Shown one piece after another: positions 45,022 through 56,658 of a stretch of 64,000 nucleotides of DNA; position 1 is the stretch's first letter, and the number at the start of each line of letters is the position of its first letter. Under the pieces are notes generated by a model. It made no database searches, had not been told where the DNA came from, and saw nothing but the letters and a program-made list of their open reading frames with translations. Origin of the DNA: Salisapilia sapeloensis CBS 127946 (Eukaryota > Protista > Oomycota); the NCBI GenBank assembly GCA_023334545.1, contig JAADVB010000025.1, positions 1 to 64,000 of the forward strand. Reading direction: 5' to 3'. Both the position numbers and the translations under genes were made by a program.

Positions 45022-46719
45022 TTATAAATCCGATCGATCGCCTTCTTCTGTCGTTGAGCTGTCTGCTACAGAGTCAACGCGTCGAGCTAGCTCCTCTCCT
45101 TTGGCTTCAGATGCTGGTGTACTTGGCTCTTGACTCGGTACTTGATCCATCTCGACGTACAGGAGACTAGTATCTCTTGGGCGCCAGACGATTGCAATCA
45201 CCAGTAACGTAATGAAGAGTACGAGACGATAGGTTGCCCAGATCGTCCATGCCCAATCCCATGGGATCGATAGCTTGTCCGTGTACCTGAGGCAGTCGGA
45301 AGAGATGCAGATGGGGCTTTAATCAGCAATCGTTCGTACAATATATATCAGTCCTCCAAGCAGGAAGATTAGGAGAAAAAAGAAACACTTACATGGCTCC
45401 TTCTGCTACGAGGACACTGAAAGAGAGCGTGACGTATGTATAGAGCACTCGTTGGAGATAGGAGTACATGCGTACTTTCGCTGTTTGTCCAAAAGATTCG
45501 AGGTTGCGCTTTGTCAATGAGAGGGACGTGAAGATCCATCCGCCAAAGCATGCGTTCGTAAGGATGACGAGGATCTCCCAGACTGCTGGTGGCTTTACGT
45601 TTCCTCCTGAAGTACGCATCAAGTGCGTTAGTTCTAAAGCGCCGACTGCGATAAAGTAGCAGATGCCTAGGCCTGTGACGACAAAGATTTCTGGCCAAGA
45701 GATCTGAGGTCGGATGACGCCGTAACCGAGACTAACAAGTGTCGTGGCGACGCGCGCGACCATCCCGGAGAGGATACGTACGAGGATGGCAGCGAGGAGG
45801 GATGGCGGGTATGGACAGCAGACGGCGACACCAGTGTCGTTGAGGTACTTGAACGTGCCAAACCAAGTCACGGACTCCACTAGTGTATTCGTTTGTCTAC
45901 TTCTTTATCGTCCAGGAGGAGAGGTACATACCTGTGGCGAAGACTAGGACGCTCAAGAGAAAGTATTGCGTCGAGATAGCTTGGTGTCGATGCCGGAGGA
46001 GGAGAACGCCAAAGACGAGGAAGAGGAGCATGTACATTGCGGACATGACGGCACTATCGGATATGAAGATGAGGATAGTAGAGATAGGACGAAGGAGAGG
46101 ATAGTTACTTGAATGGGTAGAGGCCGTAGAGGAGAGCTGGGAGGTAGCCGTAGGGGTTTGTGAAAGAGATGGAGCCATCGATCGATAGCAAAGGATCTGT
46201 CATGGGGTAGTTGGCGTACTCTGTCGAGCTGACGGGGTATCCAAAGGATTCGTCCTTTTGCTTCCAACAAGGCATAAGCAGCACCGTTTGAACGCCACTA
46301 CGTTCTGGATAGAAGGTTGCATGGATTTGCACTGGTTCTTCCTCGTCGACGGAGTGGAACTCGGCATACGCTTGTCCACGTGAATTAAATGCATCAAAGT
46401 CCTGCGCACAAACAGTTCGTTCGTTCACTTCCGTCGCGTCTTCCGAGTAGATGATCGCTGCTAGACCGAAATGAAAGTACTCTGCAAGTCGGTGGATAGT
46501 GATTGAATCCGTTACGTCAGTGTCATGCAAGTGCGAGACAGTGAGATCCACTTGTACTTTCGGATGCCCATGCCATAAGCTACTGGCGTTCTCGGCGAAT
46601 GTGAGCTCCTGGAACTTGACTGCACCGGATCGACCTTTTAGTCTATGGACAGAGCATTCTGCCAAGCCCATCCAGTTACTAGTACTGACAAGAAATACGA
46701 AAAAGGCTATGAACTGCAT
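45022..46719 (-). CDS. GOST / lung-seven-TM (TMEM87/GPR107-like) protein, paralog A, multi-exon
   Basis: Signal peptide MQFIAFFVFLVSTS, NPYGYLPALLYGLYPF, GVAVCCPYPP, GMVARVATTLVSLGYGVIRP, last exon IPWDWAWTIWATYRLVLFITLLVIAIVWRP with an acidic tail and TAA at 45024-45022. Confidence 0.85.
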
Positions 46720-46862
46720 TCTAGAGACGGAGGAAGAGTAGCAAGTAGCTCGACTCGTGCCTACTTTCGATACAATTCCTATTCAACGCGTCATCTGAGT
46801 TAAAGTATACTCGCAACTTCAAAATGGAGTGGCAGACAATAGAAACACAGGGAGCGCGTCAC

Positions 46863-48512
46863 ATGAGAGAAAAGATGCTCCGAGTGGGTCTACTAGCAGG
46901 CTTCTTCGGCGCCTTTGCGCACTTGACACAAGCCTCTGTCTATGATGTCGAGAGCATCGATTGGGTGCCTCCATTCCAGCACGCGGAAAAGATGTTTGCG
47001 AGTAACCATGGCCCGATATTGTCCAAGGAAGGCGATACGACTATCTCGGTAGATGCTTGTGGCATGCTTGAGCTATCTATAGACTTTCTCATGTCAAATG
47101 AGCTAGGTGGACGTCTACGGTGAGAACATCACGGAGGATATGAACGACATGCAGCTCGTTGTCTTCTACTATCACGTCGATAACTACGAATCGTTTGAAC
47201 AAGTAGCAGATAAAATCTCTTTACTAGCATGTCAGGACACGACAAACGTAGAGGACGTGTTTGACGGCATGTCCAACGTCCAACGCGATGTCTATCATGT
47301 CGTCGATTCTCAAGTACATGCCGATAGCGTGTACTATGTGAATGAAAGTGGATGGACGGACACGCAGATCTTTGTTTGTGCAGACGACTTTGCTAGCTCT
47401 CAGCCCTTTGCATTCAGTGGCAGTATGGAGGTGAGAAACCCGTACGGACAGCTTCCTGCTGTCTTATACGGCATGCTTCCATTTGGCGGGATGCTAGCCA
47501 TCGGGTACTTGGTCATGGACCTGCTCTTTGGCTTCCTCCTTTGCAAGCATCGTCAGCAGGTGATCCCTCTCCACTACGGCATACAGCTCATCCTGACTTT
47601 AGGCGTCGGTACGTTGCCTATCTATCCTTCTATCTGCTTGGATACTTGATAACGCTTGATTAGTGGCGAGTGGCGTGTGGTTCTACGCCTTCTACGACAT
47701 GAACAAGACTGGAGCGCCCGTGTGCTGTCCGTACCCGCCGATCTTTCTCGTCTCAGTCATCCTCGATACGTCCATGCGGACGCTCGCACGCATCATGCTG
47801 CTGATCGTCTGCCTCGGCTACGGCATCGTCCGCAGCCACTTGTCATGGCTTGAGACCATCAGCATCTCTCTCCTCTCGTCCACGTACTTTATCGCTGGTA
47901 TCGCAGACGAGATCACGCGCGGTACGTCTAGCGGGAGTGATCTGCACGCAGGTCCGACGGCCTGGGCATTCGCGCAACTGCTTTGCAACCTCGTCTTCAT
48001 CTTATGGATTCAAGTCTCGATGGACCGTATCCTCAAGCAACTGAGTGCTCAGAAGCAGAGCAGTAAGCTGAGTATGTACAAGAGTCTAGCATGGTCACTC
48101 GGTGCCTTTGTTGTGTTCTTCACAGCCCTGACGCTCGTGACTGTCTGCAGTCGCTTAGGCGTCTTTGAATGGGACGTCGAGTGGGAATGGATGCAGCTTG
48201 TCGCGTGGCCTGTGCTCAACTTTATCGTGTCTGCTGCCTTGAGTTACATTTGGCGACCGACGAAGAACAGTTCGCAATTTGCTTACTCGATCCAGGTACC
48301 TTTCTTGCCTCTATCTGTTGTTGTTCTTGTCTAATGCGTTGTAGCTTCCGATGACGGAGAGTCCAGGATTGGAAATGACAGGGCACGAGTCATCTTCATC
48401 TGATGATGATGAAGATGCGTTGGATGATGATCCGCTTGCAGACAGCAGTGATGACGAAGATCAAGGTCGGAAGGAACGTACGGACGCTGGAGATGCACCG
48501 GAAGGAGTGTAG
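46863..48512 (+). CDS. GOST / lung-seven-TM (TMEM87/GPR107-like) protein, paralog B, 4 exons
   Basis: Signal-like MLRVGLLAGFFGAFAHLTQA, NPYGQLPAVLYGMLPF, GAPVCCPYPP, RIMLLIVCLGYGIVR, WEWMQLVAWPVL...YIWRPTKNS and an acidic tail ending TAG 48510-48512. Confidence 0.88.
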
Positions 48513-48578
48513 CTTGCAGATCAAGTAGGAAGCGTCGTACTTGTTAGAACGAATACGAAGAGAGTTTACCAAGAAAGT

Positions 48579-50201
48579 TTATTCCGAACGCTTTGTGTCT
48601 TTTGTGTTGCGCATCGAGAGACCCAAGGCACCGACTGCTATGATCAGGATAAAGAGAGCAGGGCCCCAGATCGACGATGATGAGGTATACTCTGGCACTC
48701 GATCTTGTCCGCCAGTCCCGCCGTCATTTGCTACTGCTGCATGTGCTGCACCTGTGTCAGACGAAACTAGGGGGCGCGGACCGATGCCTGGTGCGTCTTC
48801 AAAAGCGTCCTCCGTAGCATTCGTCTTGGGTTTCTTTGGTGGACATGGCTTGACGACTTCTTCCTCCTCTTCCGTCTCTTCACGCAGTCGCTTTGGTGTG
48901 CAGGCACTAGGACGCTTGTCCTCCGGACCGTCGTACGCGTTGCAGACAGCTTGCTGCAGCACTGCAGCTTTAATTCCTTCACGTGCTGTCCCGACGATCT
49001 CGTCGTTTATTAGTACGTACGGAGACCACTTGACGTGGACGCTTCCTAGTTTGGAGAGCGTTTGACGTAGCATCTCGTCACCTTTCGTAGCCTCACACTC
49101 CTTGACGCTACTAGCTACGGACGGATCTAGACAGTAATCTACACGTTGCCTCCACGTCGTGCCACGTCGGTCTTTGCTCTCGATACATGCGAGGCCTTGG
49201 ACGTGTTCCAAAGGGCTCTTGGTGTGCTCTCCGACACACGCAAGCCATTTATGGCCGTTGCATTCGCGCTTACCGCTTAGACAGGCTGGGTTACCAGACG
49301 TGTCGACATACATGCCAGCAGCAGGAGCTGCCGTGAGATCGATGATGTCTCGGAACTCTGGATCACGCATCAGAGTTGACAGCGCCTTGATGATAAACGC
49401 TCCACAGCCAGGACAAAAGGCACGGTAGAAGACGTCTAGTTTGACTTTTTCACGTCCAGTAGGAGCAGGGGGACTCGTCTGTGGCTCCTCTGGTTTTGCT
49501 AATGGTGGCGCAGTGGGAGGCGTTTCTTTCTTGGAAGGAAAATGTGTTTGAGCTCCTACGAGGTCGGCGCAGATGTCCGGATACCCTTCCGGAGATCCTG
49601 CGTATGCTTTACAGATACCTGTCTTAACCTCTTTAAGTCCAATGCCACTGTTTTCATCACCAAGCTGCGCTCCGTCGATGCGGATGTAGGGCATCCAACC
49701 GACTTTATCTGCTCCAGTGCGATGCACGGCGTCGACCATGAGCCAGATACTACGAGATGGGTAGCATTCCTCAACGTAGGCAATGTCTTCGGGGGTAAGA
49801 CAGTACTTGAGTTTTGCAGCCCATTCATGGTATGGTCCAGACGCCTCGCTTTCAATGCAACCGATGAGCTCGAGCTGTTTCATCACGTCGTGCTTGTATT
49901 TCTCGATGACGCAGATCTGATAGCGATGTCCATCACATTCCTCTACTCCTTCTTCACAGTCAAGTTCCCCCTTCTCAACCATCGTTCCAGCTGCAGGCAC
50001 GAGTTCTAGGTCAATAAACGGCGCGAATTGTGGATCGTTCATGAGCTTCACGAGCGGTTCTTGGACAAACCAGACACAGGATGGACAATATGCTCGATAC
50101 AGAATCTGAACTTTCATCTGATACGAACGTAGATCTTGTGCGTAGATGCATGCTAGAAAGAGTGCTAGAGACAGTAGAAAGATTCTGCATGCACCTAGCA
50201 T
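48579..50201 (-). CDS. Tandem double GILT (gamma-interferon-inducible lysosomal thiol reductase-like) protein with signal peptide and C-terminal TM
   Basis: Two repeats: VQILYRAYCPSC...CEEGVEECDGHRYQIC...WMPYIRIDG and LDVFYRAFCPGC...CLSGKRECNGHKWLAC...WSPYVLIND. Pro-rich linker. TM IWGPALFILIIAVGALGLSM. Confidence 0.82.
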   Translation of the reverse strand: MLGACRIFLLSLALFLACIYAQDLRSYQMKVQILYRAYCPSCVWFVQEPLVKLMNDPQFAPFIDLELVPAAGTMVEKGELDCEEGVEECDGHRYQICVIEKYKHDVMKQLELIGCIESEASGPYHEWAAKLKYCLTPEDIAYVEECYPSRSIWLMVDAVHRTGADKVGWMPYIRIDGAQLGDENSGIGLKEVKTGICKAYAGSPEGYPDICADLVGAQTHFPSKKETPPTAPPLAKPEEPQTSPPAPTGREKVKLDVFYRAFCPGCGAFIIKALSTLMRDPEFRDIIDLTAAPAAGMYVDTSGNPACLSGKRECNGHKWLACVGEHTKSPLEHVQGLACIESKDRRGTTWRQRVDYCLDPSVASSVKECEATKGDEMLRQTLSKLGSVHVKWSPYVLINDEIVGTAREGIKAAVLQQAVCNAYDGPEDKRPSACTPKRLREETEEEEEVVKPCPPKKPKTNATEDAFEDAPGIGPRPLVSSDTGAAHAAVANDGGTGGQDRVPEYTSSSSIWGPALFILIIAVGALGLSMRNTKDTKRSE

Positions 50202-50515
50202 GGTGGATAAAGCTGGAATAAGATGTCGACGACTACGCTAGTGTCCACGTTTGTGACGCCGGTCAAATATGTTGTAAAAGACAGTTCATGTTGAAGTTGA
50301 GAGACGTACCTCAGCATGATCTGGCTTCAACTTCGTGGGGATATGAATTGATGACGAGGATCAAGTGCAGATGGAGATTAAGCTATTAATAGAAAGTATA
50401 CTTTTGTACCTAACTTTTGCGATTTTTGTAGACTTGAATCAGCTTTCTTATGCTTGGATTCTTTGCGAACTTTGTTTCATTCTAACAGTACGACCTTCCT
50501 GCTGGTGCTTGTGTT

Positions 50516-51458
50516 ATGGAGATGTCCAATACGACTTACAGCGAAGAGAATGGCGATGAAGAGACACATATTCATCACCAGGTTCTACAGATGGCGAAAG
50601 CGATTGAGCTTCTGCAGCGAGACTCGGAGGCGTATCAATGTGAGACGACGAAAGTCGATCGCTTACGTCCGCCGTCAATACGTACTGATGCGCATTGCTG
50701 TTCGGCGCATACTTCGGCAAAGGATTTCGAGTACTCCCGTGACAAACGTAGTAGAGAATGGGGACGTCTTTTTCAAAGTCATGCATGTCAGGAGCATGAG
50801 GAAGAGATTGCTATGCTACACAAGGTACCTTTGATCTTTTCCTTGCGCCATCTCTAAGCTGATACCTTCTGACCTCATATAGCTACTAGAAGAAGAACGA
50901 GCTGCTTTAGTAAGTGTCCTTCGTGAACGAGATGAGTTGCGACTAGATCTGGAAGAAGCTAAAGAGCTCATCACTCAATTCCAGCTTTCCAGATCATTCT
51001 CAAGCAAGTGGAAACCTCGTCCACACACGTCTCCTATGCATGAGTACTACGACAGAGGAGCTACGCCATGTTCCCACGACAGTACTACTCCACGAGTGCT
51101 GTCTCCAACACACTCATCCCCCTCCAACAGAACCCCATCGCATCCTATCTCTCCACAAGAAAGGTTTGATCAAAGCAGTCCGTACGAAAACTATGACAAC
51201 GCCCCAGTCTTTTGGAGAAGACAGTATCGCGAAGCTGTGCGATTGCGAAGGACTTTACTCACTACATCTCCACGTCGGTCCGTCCAGCATTACGACGTTC
51301 AGGACGGTTTGAAGAAACCTACACTAGACATCTTCTCCAGTCCCGATTATCAACGGAAACCAAAGACAGAAGCCGACGGCATTCCACATGCTCGATACAT
51401 CGGTCTTAACAGTCGTCAACAAGAACTTATAAAGCAGCACTACTACCTCCTCTCCTAA
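50516..51458 (+). CDS. Hypothetical coiled-coil protein
   Basis: ORFs 50516-50857 and 50937-51458 are joinable via intron AAG|GTACC near 50825 to ATAG near 50882 (LLEEERAALVSVLRERDELRLDLEEAK). Confidence 0.55.
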
Positions 51459-51550
51459 CAACGTGTTTAAAAGAGGAAATAAAGAACGTTATTTTGCTTA
51501 TTGATGAGTTCACGTCCGTCGAAAGGTGCAAAATAGGATTCGTCCGAGCT

Positions 51551-53244
51551 TCAATTGTCATACGCTTTGCCTTGTCGAGCCGACTGAATGGCAGCGTTGA
51601 TGATAGACTTGCGTCGATGCTCAGGGACATTTGACGGGATCTCTGGCGCTTGGATCGTTTTCCCATTCACAATCAAATGCGTCACGCGTTCGTATGGGAA
51701 AGGAGACAATTGGTCTTCTTGGCAGTAAGCTTTCACTCGAAGTCTTCGGAGACTGATCTCGTACACTTTATCAGCTACGCGACAGTCGACGATGAAGCCA
51801 GATCCGAACGGTGTGACCACTCGTTCTCCTCGAGGATACTTGGCTCGACTATTTGTTTGAACGTAAGAAGGAAAGATGAGTTTATTCACATTGGTAGATA
51901 CTTACGCCGTTCTTTGGTTCGTCATCGTCGACACACGCGCTCGGACGTTTGACAGACGATCGGATGCAACGGCCGAGGCGGAAAACATGGACTTCTTCGT
52001 GTACTCGAACAAGCTCGATAGGCGTTCATTGTAGTTGTTCGCAGTCGTGAGCTCCAGCTGATGCAACGCCATGGCGTCGGACATGAACAATTTGTCGCAA
52101 CCGAGCTGCCCACGACCTCGAAGGTCGACCTTGATTTCATAGATCTGATCTTCGTCTCGGAAACGCTCGACGATGCCAAAGCCATAAGGTGTCTTCACTG
52201 CGTCGCCGTGGGAAAAGTGTGTCAGGCGATGGAGAAGAGTCACTTGCTTGCGTTGGAGGTAGGCGATGGCACCCATGGGTGTCTTGACGACCATGACTTT
52301 ATCATCACGAATTTCCAGCAGAGTGCAGACGCCGTATGCTGTCAATGCCTTTGGATCATGCTGCGCGCTTGATCTACTTTAGTGTGAATATTAGGTGCCT
52401 ACGATAAGAAAGAAAGATGGTACGTCTTGGTGTTGATGCGAGACATGACGTTGGCATAATTAAAGTTGGCGCTATGCTTCTGGAAGGCCGAGTAGCCGTC
52501 CAAAAGTCGATTCTTGGTCGTCTGGACGAGCGTACTTTTCTGTGGGATCTTTTCAAACTTCTTAGTCGTCGCTTTCATACGGAACACGTGGTCGTCGTCC
52601 CAACGCCAGTCCAGTGCGATCATGTACATGTCTTCATCGATAAGGTAGTCTTCCACTGTCGCTAGTCCCCACCTAGTCTTCACACGCTCGCCAGCTATAC
52701 TCTTGATCTCTTTCAACACTGCTTCTTCCGTTAAGCTAGCTACTACGCCTGATGCAAGCTGGATGACGTAGATACGCTCTTCTGGGCGAATATCGACGAC
52801 AGTGCCTGTCCCGAAGACTGTGGATACGCAGGCATTCTTCCGGACTTTGAATTCGGATTCCATGTGTGGAGACAGGGAGTTGTTACTCCCAGAGCTTGTA
52901 GTCGAGCGACCAGTGTTTCTACGAGCGTCGTTTGGACTCGAAGGATCAGTCGACGTGTTCAGCCCCATGCGCTTGTACAAGGCACTGGCAATCGAATTGG
53001 TTTCAATGGAAACACCCCTACGTCGGAGAGTGTCTGCAAAGGAAGACGTGAGACTGTTTTTCGTCGTACCATTGACGGCCGCACCGGTGTCAGTCGGGTA
53101 ATCTGGCAGACTCTGTCCCGTGCCAGCACGCGTGTCACTCTTTGATGGACTCGACCCATCCTTACTAGCTGCTAGTGAGTTGTAGGACGGCATTTTCGGG
53201 AGGTAGCTCCCGAGTGCGTAGTAGCTCTTCTTGCCATCGACCAT
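51551..53244 (-). CDS. Hypothetical protein with five V-x-T-x-[FYW]-G beta-hairpin repeats, 3 exons
   Basis: Three ORFs join through in-phase GT-AG introns. Repeats VSTVFGTGTVVDIR, VKTRWGLATVEDY, TAYGVCTLLEIR, VKTPYGFGIVERFR, VVTPFGSGFIVDCR. Confidence 0.75.
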
Positions 53245-54737
53245 GCTGTCTAGACTACTTGTCGTCGCGATGATGTCACACAGTCTTTGTGTTCTGGGAA
53301 AACGCTTGCGCCATTAAATGACTTCAATTTTGTATACAGCGACCATCGAAAAGGCGCCCTGATTCGAAGCTGGGATGCAAGTATGCAACAGCTTGAGCTC
53401 AATATGCTGAACTCAACTTGCTTTTTACTTGCTTCTCGTTGGGTTTTCGCACGAGGAGCTGTTTAGCTGACGGAATGGGTCCAGTAGAGTAGACTTATGT
53501 TGGCTTAATGGTTGCTTTAGTTTTTATTTTGATGCATGCGTATTATTGATTTGGATATGGCGGTGCCTGGGTTAACTTATTTGGGGTACATGATTCTGCT
53601 GGGTAAGCTTTATCTAAACGTGGGTGCATGCGTGGACAATGGTAGTGGAATAGAGTGCCTATGTATTGCTTTTGTGCTCTAGTCGAAACCTCGGCTCGTT
53701 GGACACTGCAGCATGCTTCAAGAGCCAGCTTCAACACATATCCACCCTACCTAGATTTTTAATCCTCACCATCTCACTTGGTCTACACGTGTCGAGTACT
53801 GGCGAAATATTCATAGCTGCTTGTAAAAGTCTCTACGTGTCTTCAGAAGCTCTGTATACGACTGAAATATTTATATGCAAGTAGGATACTAGAGAAGGTA
53901 TCAAGAGATATGCGTAGTATACTGTGCCGATGTACACTCGACACTTGCCAACAAATACGCTATTTAGCTATAACTATAAATGTTAGGAAATTGAAAGGCA
54001 GTCGCGAACGAAGGATAGTAGTCTTGAATTCATATTCCAGTTGCCTATTTGTTGGCAAACTTGCATTTGTAATTTGCTTGTCTGGAGGATATATGCTCAC
54101 ACTGTTGCCTATCGAGAGCTATTCAACTTGCTCATGGTCATAGGACAACCGATCGTACGCTATGAAGCTGCAGATACGACGAGTGAACTACTGGTTAACG
54201 TACAGGGCAGTTCCGATGATTCCTAGATGCACATTTGATTACTGATCAAGTTTGCCCAAGAAAGAACAAGTAACTGATGTCCAAGTACTCATAAGGTCTG
54301 TGTTTTTGGTATTAGGATAAGTCTATTCACTATAAACTATAATCACACTGCATACAGTCACACAAGCACAATATCGCGCTGAAGCTGTAACAAGAAAGCT
54401 AAAATCGCATTCGAGTCTGCAGCAATTACTCACTTGACGAAGTCATATCTGACGCATGTAGTACAATTGTCACGGTGCAAGTCCTAAAGTAGAAGCTGAT
54501 GAGATCAAACGCACCAGTACTTGCGTCATAAAGCGTTGATGGATGCCTCGACGTCCCATTCCTCCTATTGTGGATGGCAATGTGGATAAGAATGCATCGA
54601 ATACCGTTCAGTTTAAATTCCTATCACTTTCTCATAGGTACTACCTATCGCTACAAATCAATGAGTCGATACTATTAGAAACGTTTCAACTTGTATTCGA
54701 TTCTTCTGTTAAACCGGAACTCACAACTAGTCAGACG

Positions 54738-56603
54738 ATGAGCCGAGTACCTGTGCAAGCACGTGGTGGGGGCTACGGCCTCGATGCAGAGCTCGCACAG
54801 CGTGCAGCAGAGCGATATGACTATGATATGGAAGATGAAGCTCGAGAATGGGTGGAAACGATCACTGGCAGCGAAATCGGTGACGATTTCGGTGAAGGAC
54901 TGCGCGATGGGGTGCTCTTGTGCCAAGTTGCGAACAAGATCAAGCCTGGCGTCGTGCCGTACATTGAAACCAAGTCTCGCATGCCATTTAAATTGATGGA
55001 GAACATTTCTTCCTTCCTACGGGCATGCCGAACGCTCGGTGTGAACGAATTCGATCTCTTTGAGACCGTCGATCTGTTTGAGCTCAAGGACCTTGGACAC
55101 GTCGTCCGGTGTCTCTTTGCACTCGGTCGAGCGGTGCAACGCAACTATCCGGATTTTGACGGACCGACATTAGGCGTGAAAGAATCGATGAAAAACACTC
55201 GTCAGTTTTCGTCGGATCAAATCGCTCAAGCGAGGAACGCACCGTCGCAAATGAGTTTAGGAAGCTCTCGGACGATGAAGATGGACCACAGCGGCAGTTC
55301 CAACCGTCTCACATTCGGTGCGGATGCTCTGCGCACCAAAGTCCGTGCGCCACCTCCGCCACCACCACCGTCGGCAGATAAAATCGAGATGGTGTCTCGA
55401 GTCCGAAAGGGTGAGGATCTCGATGGTCCCGTCAGCCCTGCCAAGAGTCCAGATGTGGATGCCGTAGTGGATCAATGGCATGGTATGAGTGGATTGAACT
55501 CTGCATCGGAAGAGTCTGGTGAGCAGTATGAGAAGCAAGTTCAGGACTGGATTGAGCGTGTGACAGGGGATAAGTTTTCGTCTGATTCGTTTGCCAAGTC
55601 ACTACAAGACGGCGTGTTACTCTGTCGGTTGATCAATACAATTAAACCAGACGCAGTGACAAAGGTGCATCAATCTCAGATGCCATTTAAACGTCGAGAA
55701 AACATTTCCAACTTTCTTAAAGCCATTCGAACAGTCGGTGTCCAAGACTTTTTCGTCTTCACGACAGACGATTTGTACAATGAAAAGAATATAGATCAAG
55801 TCGTCAAGTGTCTCTTTGCACTTGATCGAGCGATTGCACAGAACGTACCGGAGTATGCTGGTCCTCGACTCGGACAGGAAGGTGGTGCTATCGCTCCATC
55901 ATCTCCTTCGATCGAGACTCCTGATGCGATCGTAGTACCAGTGAAGACGGAGGTATCTCCTGAAGATGAGGTGAAGGCTTGGATCTCGCAAGTGACGAAT
56001 GAACCGGTGGAAGGAGAGCTTATGGATGCGTTAAAGGACGGAACGATCTTGTGTAAGCTCGTGAATACGATCCAACCTGGTGTCGTGGCTAAAGTCCAGG
56101 AGTCTTCCATGCCGTTTAAGCAGCGTGAGAACATCCAAGCCTTCTTACGTGCTTGTCGGACGATCGGTGTGCAAGAGTATGAAGTATGCGAGACGGTGGA
56201 TTTGTACGAACAAAAGAATCCGGAGCAAGTGATCAAGTGTCTGTATGCTTTGGGACGAGCTGTGCAGAAGAACTTGCCAGGCTATGACGGTCCAAAGCTT
56301 GGCGTACGAGAGAGTACACCTCGTAAGCGAGAGTTCTCTGATGCTCAGATGCGAGAAGCGAGGAGTGCCGTGCCTATGTGGACGCAGAATAGCATGAATA
56401 TGGAACGAGGAGGTGTCGATCGATCAAACTCGATTACGTTCCGAGCAGACGCGGCTCGGAATGCAGACAAGGTAGTGGAGAAAGAGGAAACGAACAAGGA
56501 AGAGGAAGAGGAAGAGATACAGGATGTAGGTGAGTCGAGTGCGAGTCAAGTGGTCGGCTCGGAGACGTCGACGACGCTGCCGACGCGTACGGTGTGGAGC
56601 TAA
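54738..56603 (+). CDS. Calponin/transgelin-like protein with three tandem type-3 CH domains
   Basis: Start MSRVPVQARGGGYGLDAELA at 54738. Three units W[VI]..[IV]T...L[RQK]DG.[LI]LC.[VL].N.I.P...MPFK..ENI..FL.A.R..GV..[FC].T.DL[FY]...V[VI].CL[FY]AL.RA, each followed by [FY].GP.LG. Confidence 0.9.
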   Translation: MSRVPVQARGGGYGLDAELAQRAAERYDYDMEDEAREWVETITGSEIGDDFGEGLRDGVLLCQVANKIKPGVVPYIETKSRMPFKLMENISSFLRACRTLGVNEFDLFETVDLFELKDLGHVVRCLFALGRAVQRNYPDFDGPTLGVKESMKNTRQFSSDQIAQARNAPSQMSLGSSRTMKMDHSGSSNRLTFGADALRTKVRAPPPPPPPSADKIEMVSRVRKGEDLDGPVSPAKSPDVDAVVDQWHGMSGLNSASEESGEQYEKQVQDWIERVTGDKFSSDSFAKSLQDGVLLCRLINTIKPDAVTKVHQSQMPFKRRENISNFLKAIRTVGVQDFFVFTTDDLYNEKNIDQVVKCLFALDRAIAQNVPEYAGPRLGQEGGAIAPSSPSIETPDAIVVPVKTEVSPEDEVKAWISQVTNEPVEGELMDALKDGTILCKLVNTIQPGVVAKVQESSMPFKQRENIQAFLRACRTIGVQEYEVCETVDLYEQKNPEQVIKCLYALGRAVQKNLPGYDGPKLGVRESTPRKREFSDAQMREARSAVPMWTQNSMNMERGGVDRSNSITFRADAARNADKVVEKEETNKEEEEEEIQDVGESSASQVVGSETSTTLPTRTVWS

Positions 56604-56658
56604 GTCGAATACAATACGATAAGCAAGAGCTGTACTTGGTTGTCTATGTGATATGAGA

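Noticed and set aside
54543-54737. N-terminal 65-aa extension of the CH protein given by the ORF track
   Set aside because: AT-rich and promoter-like; family similarity begins at the ATG at 54738.
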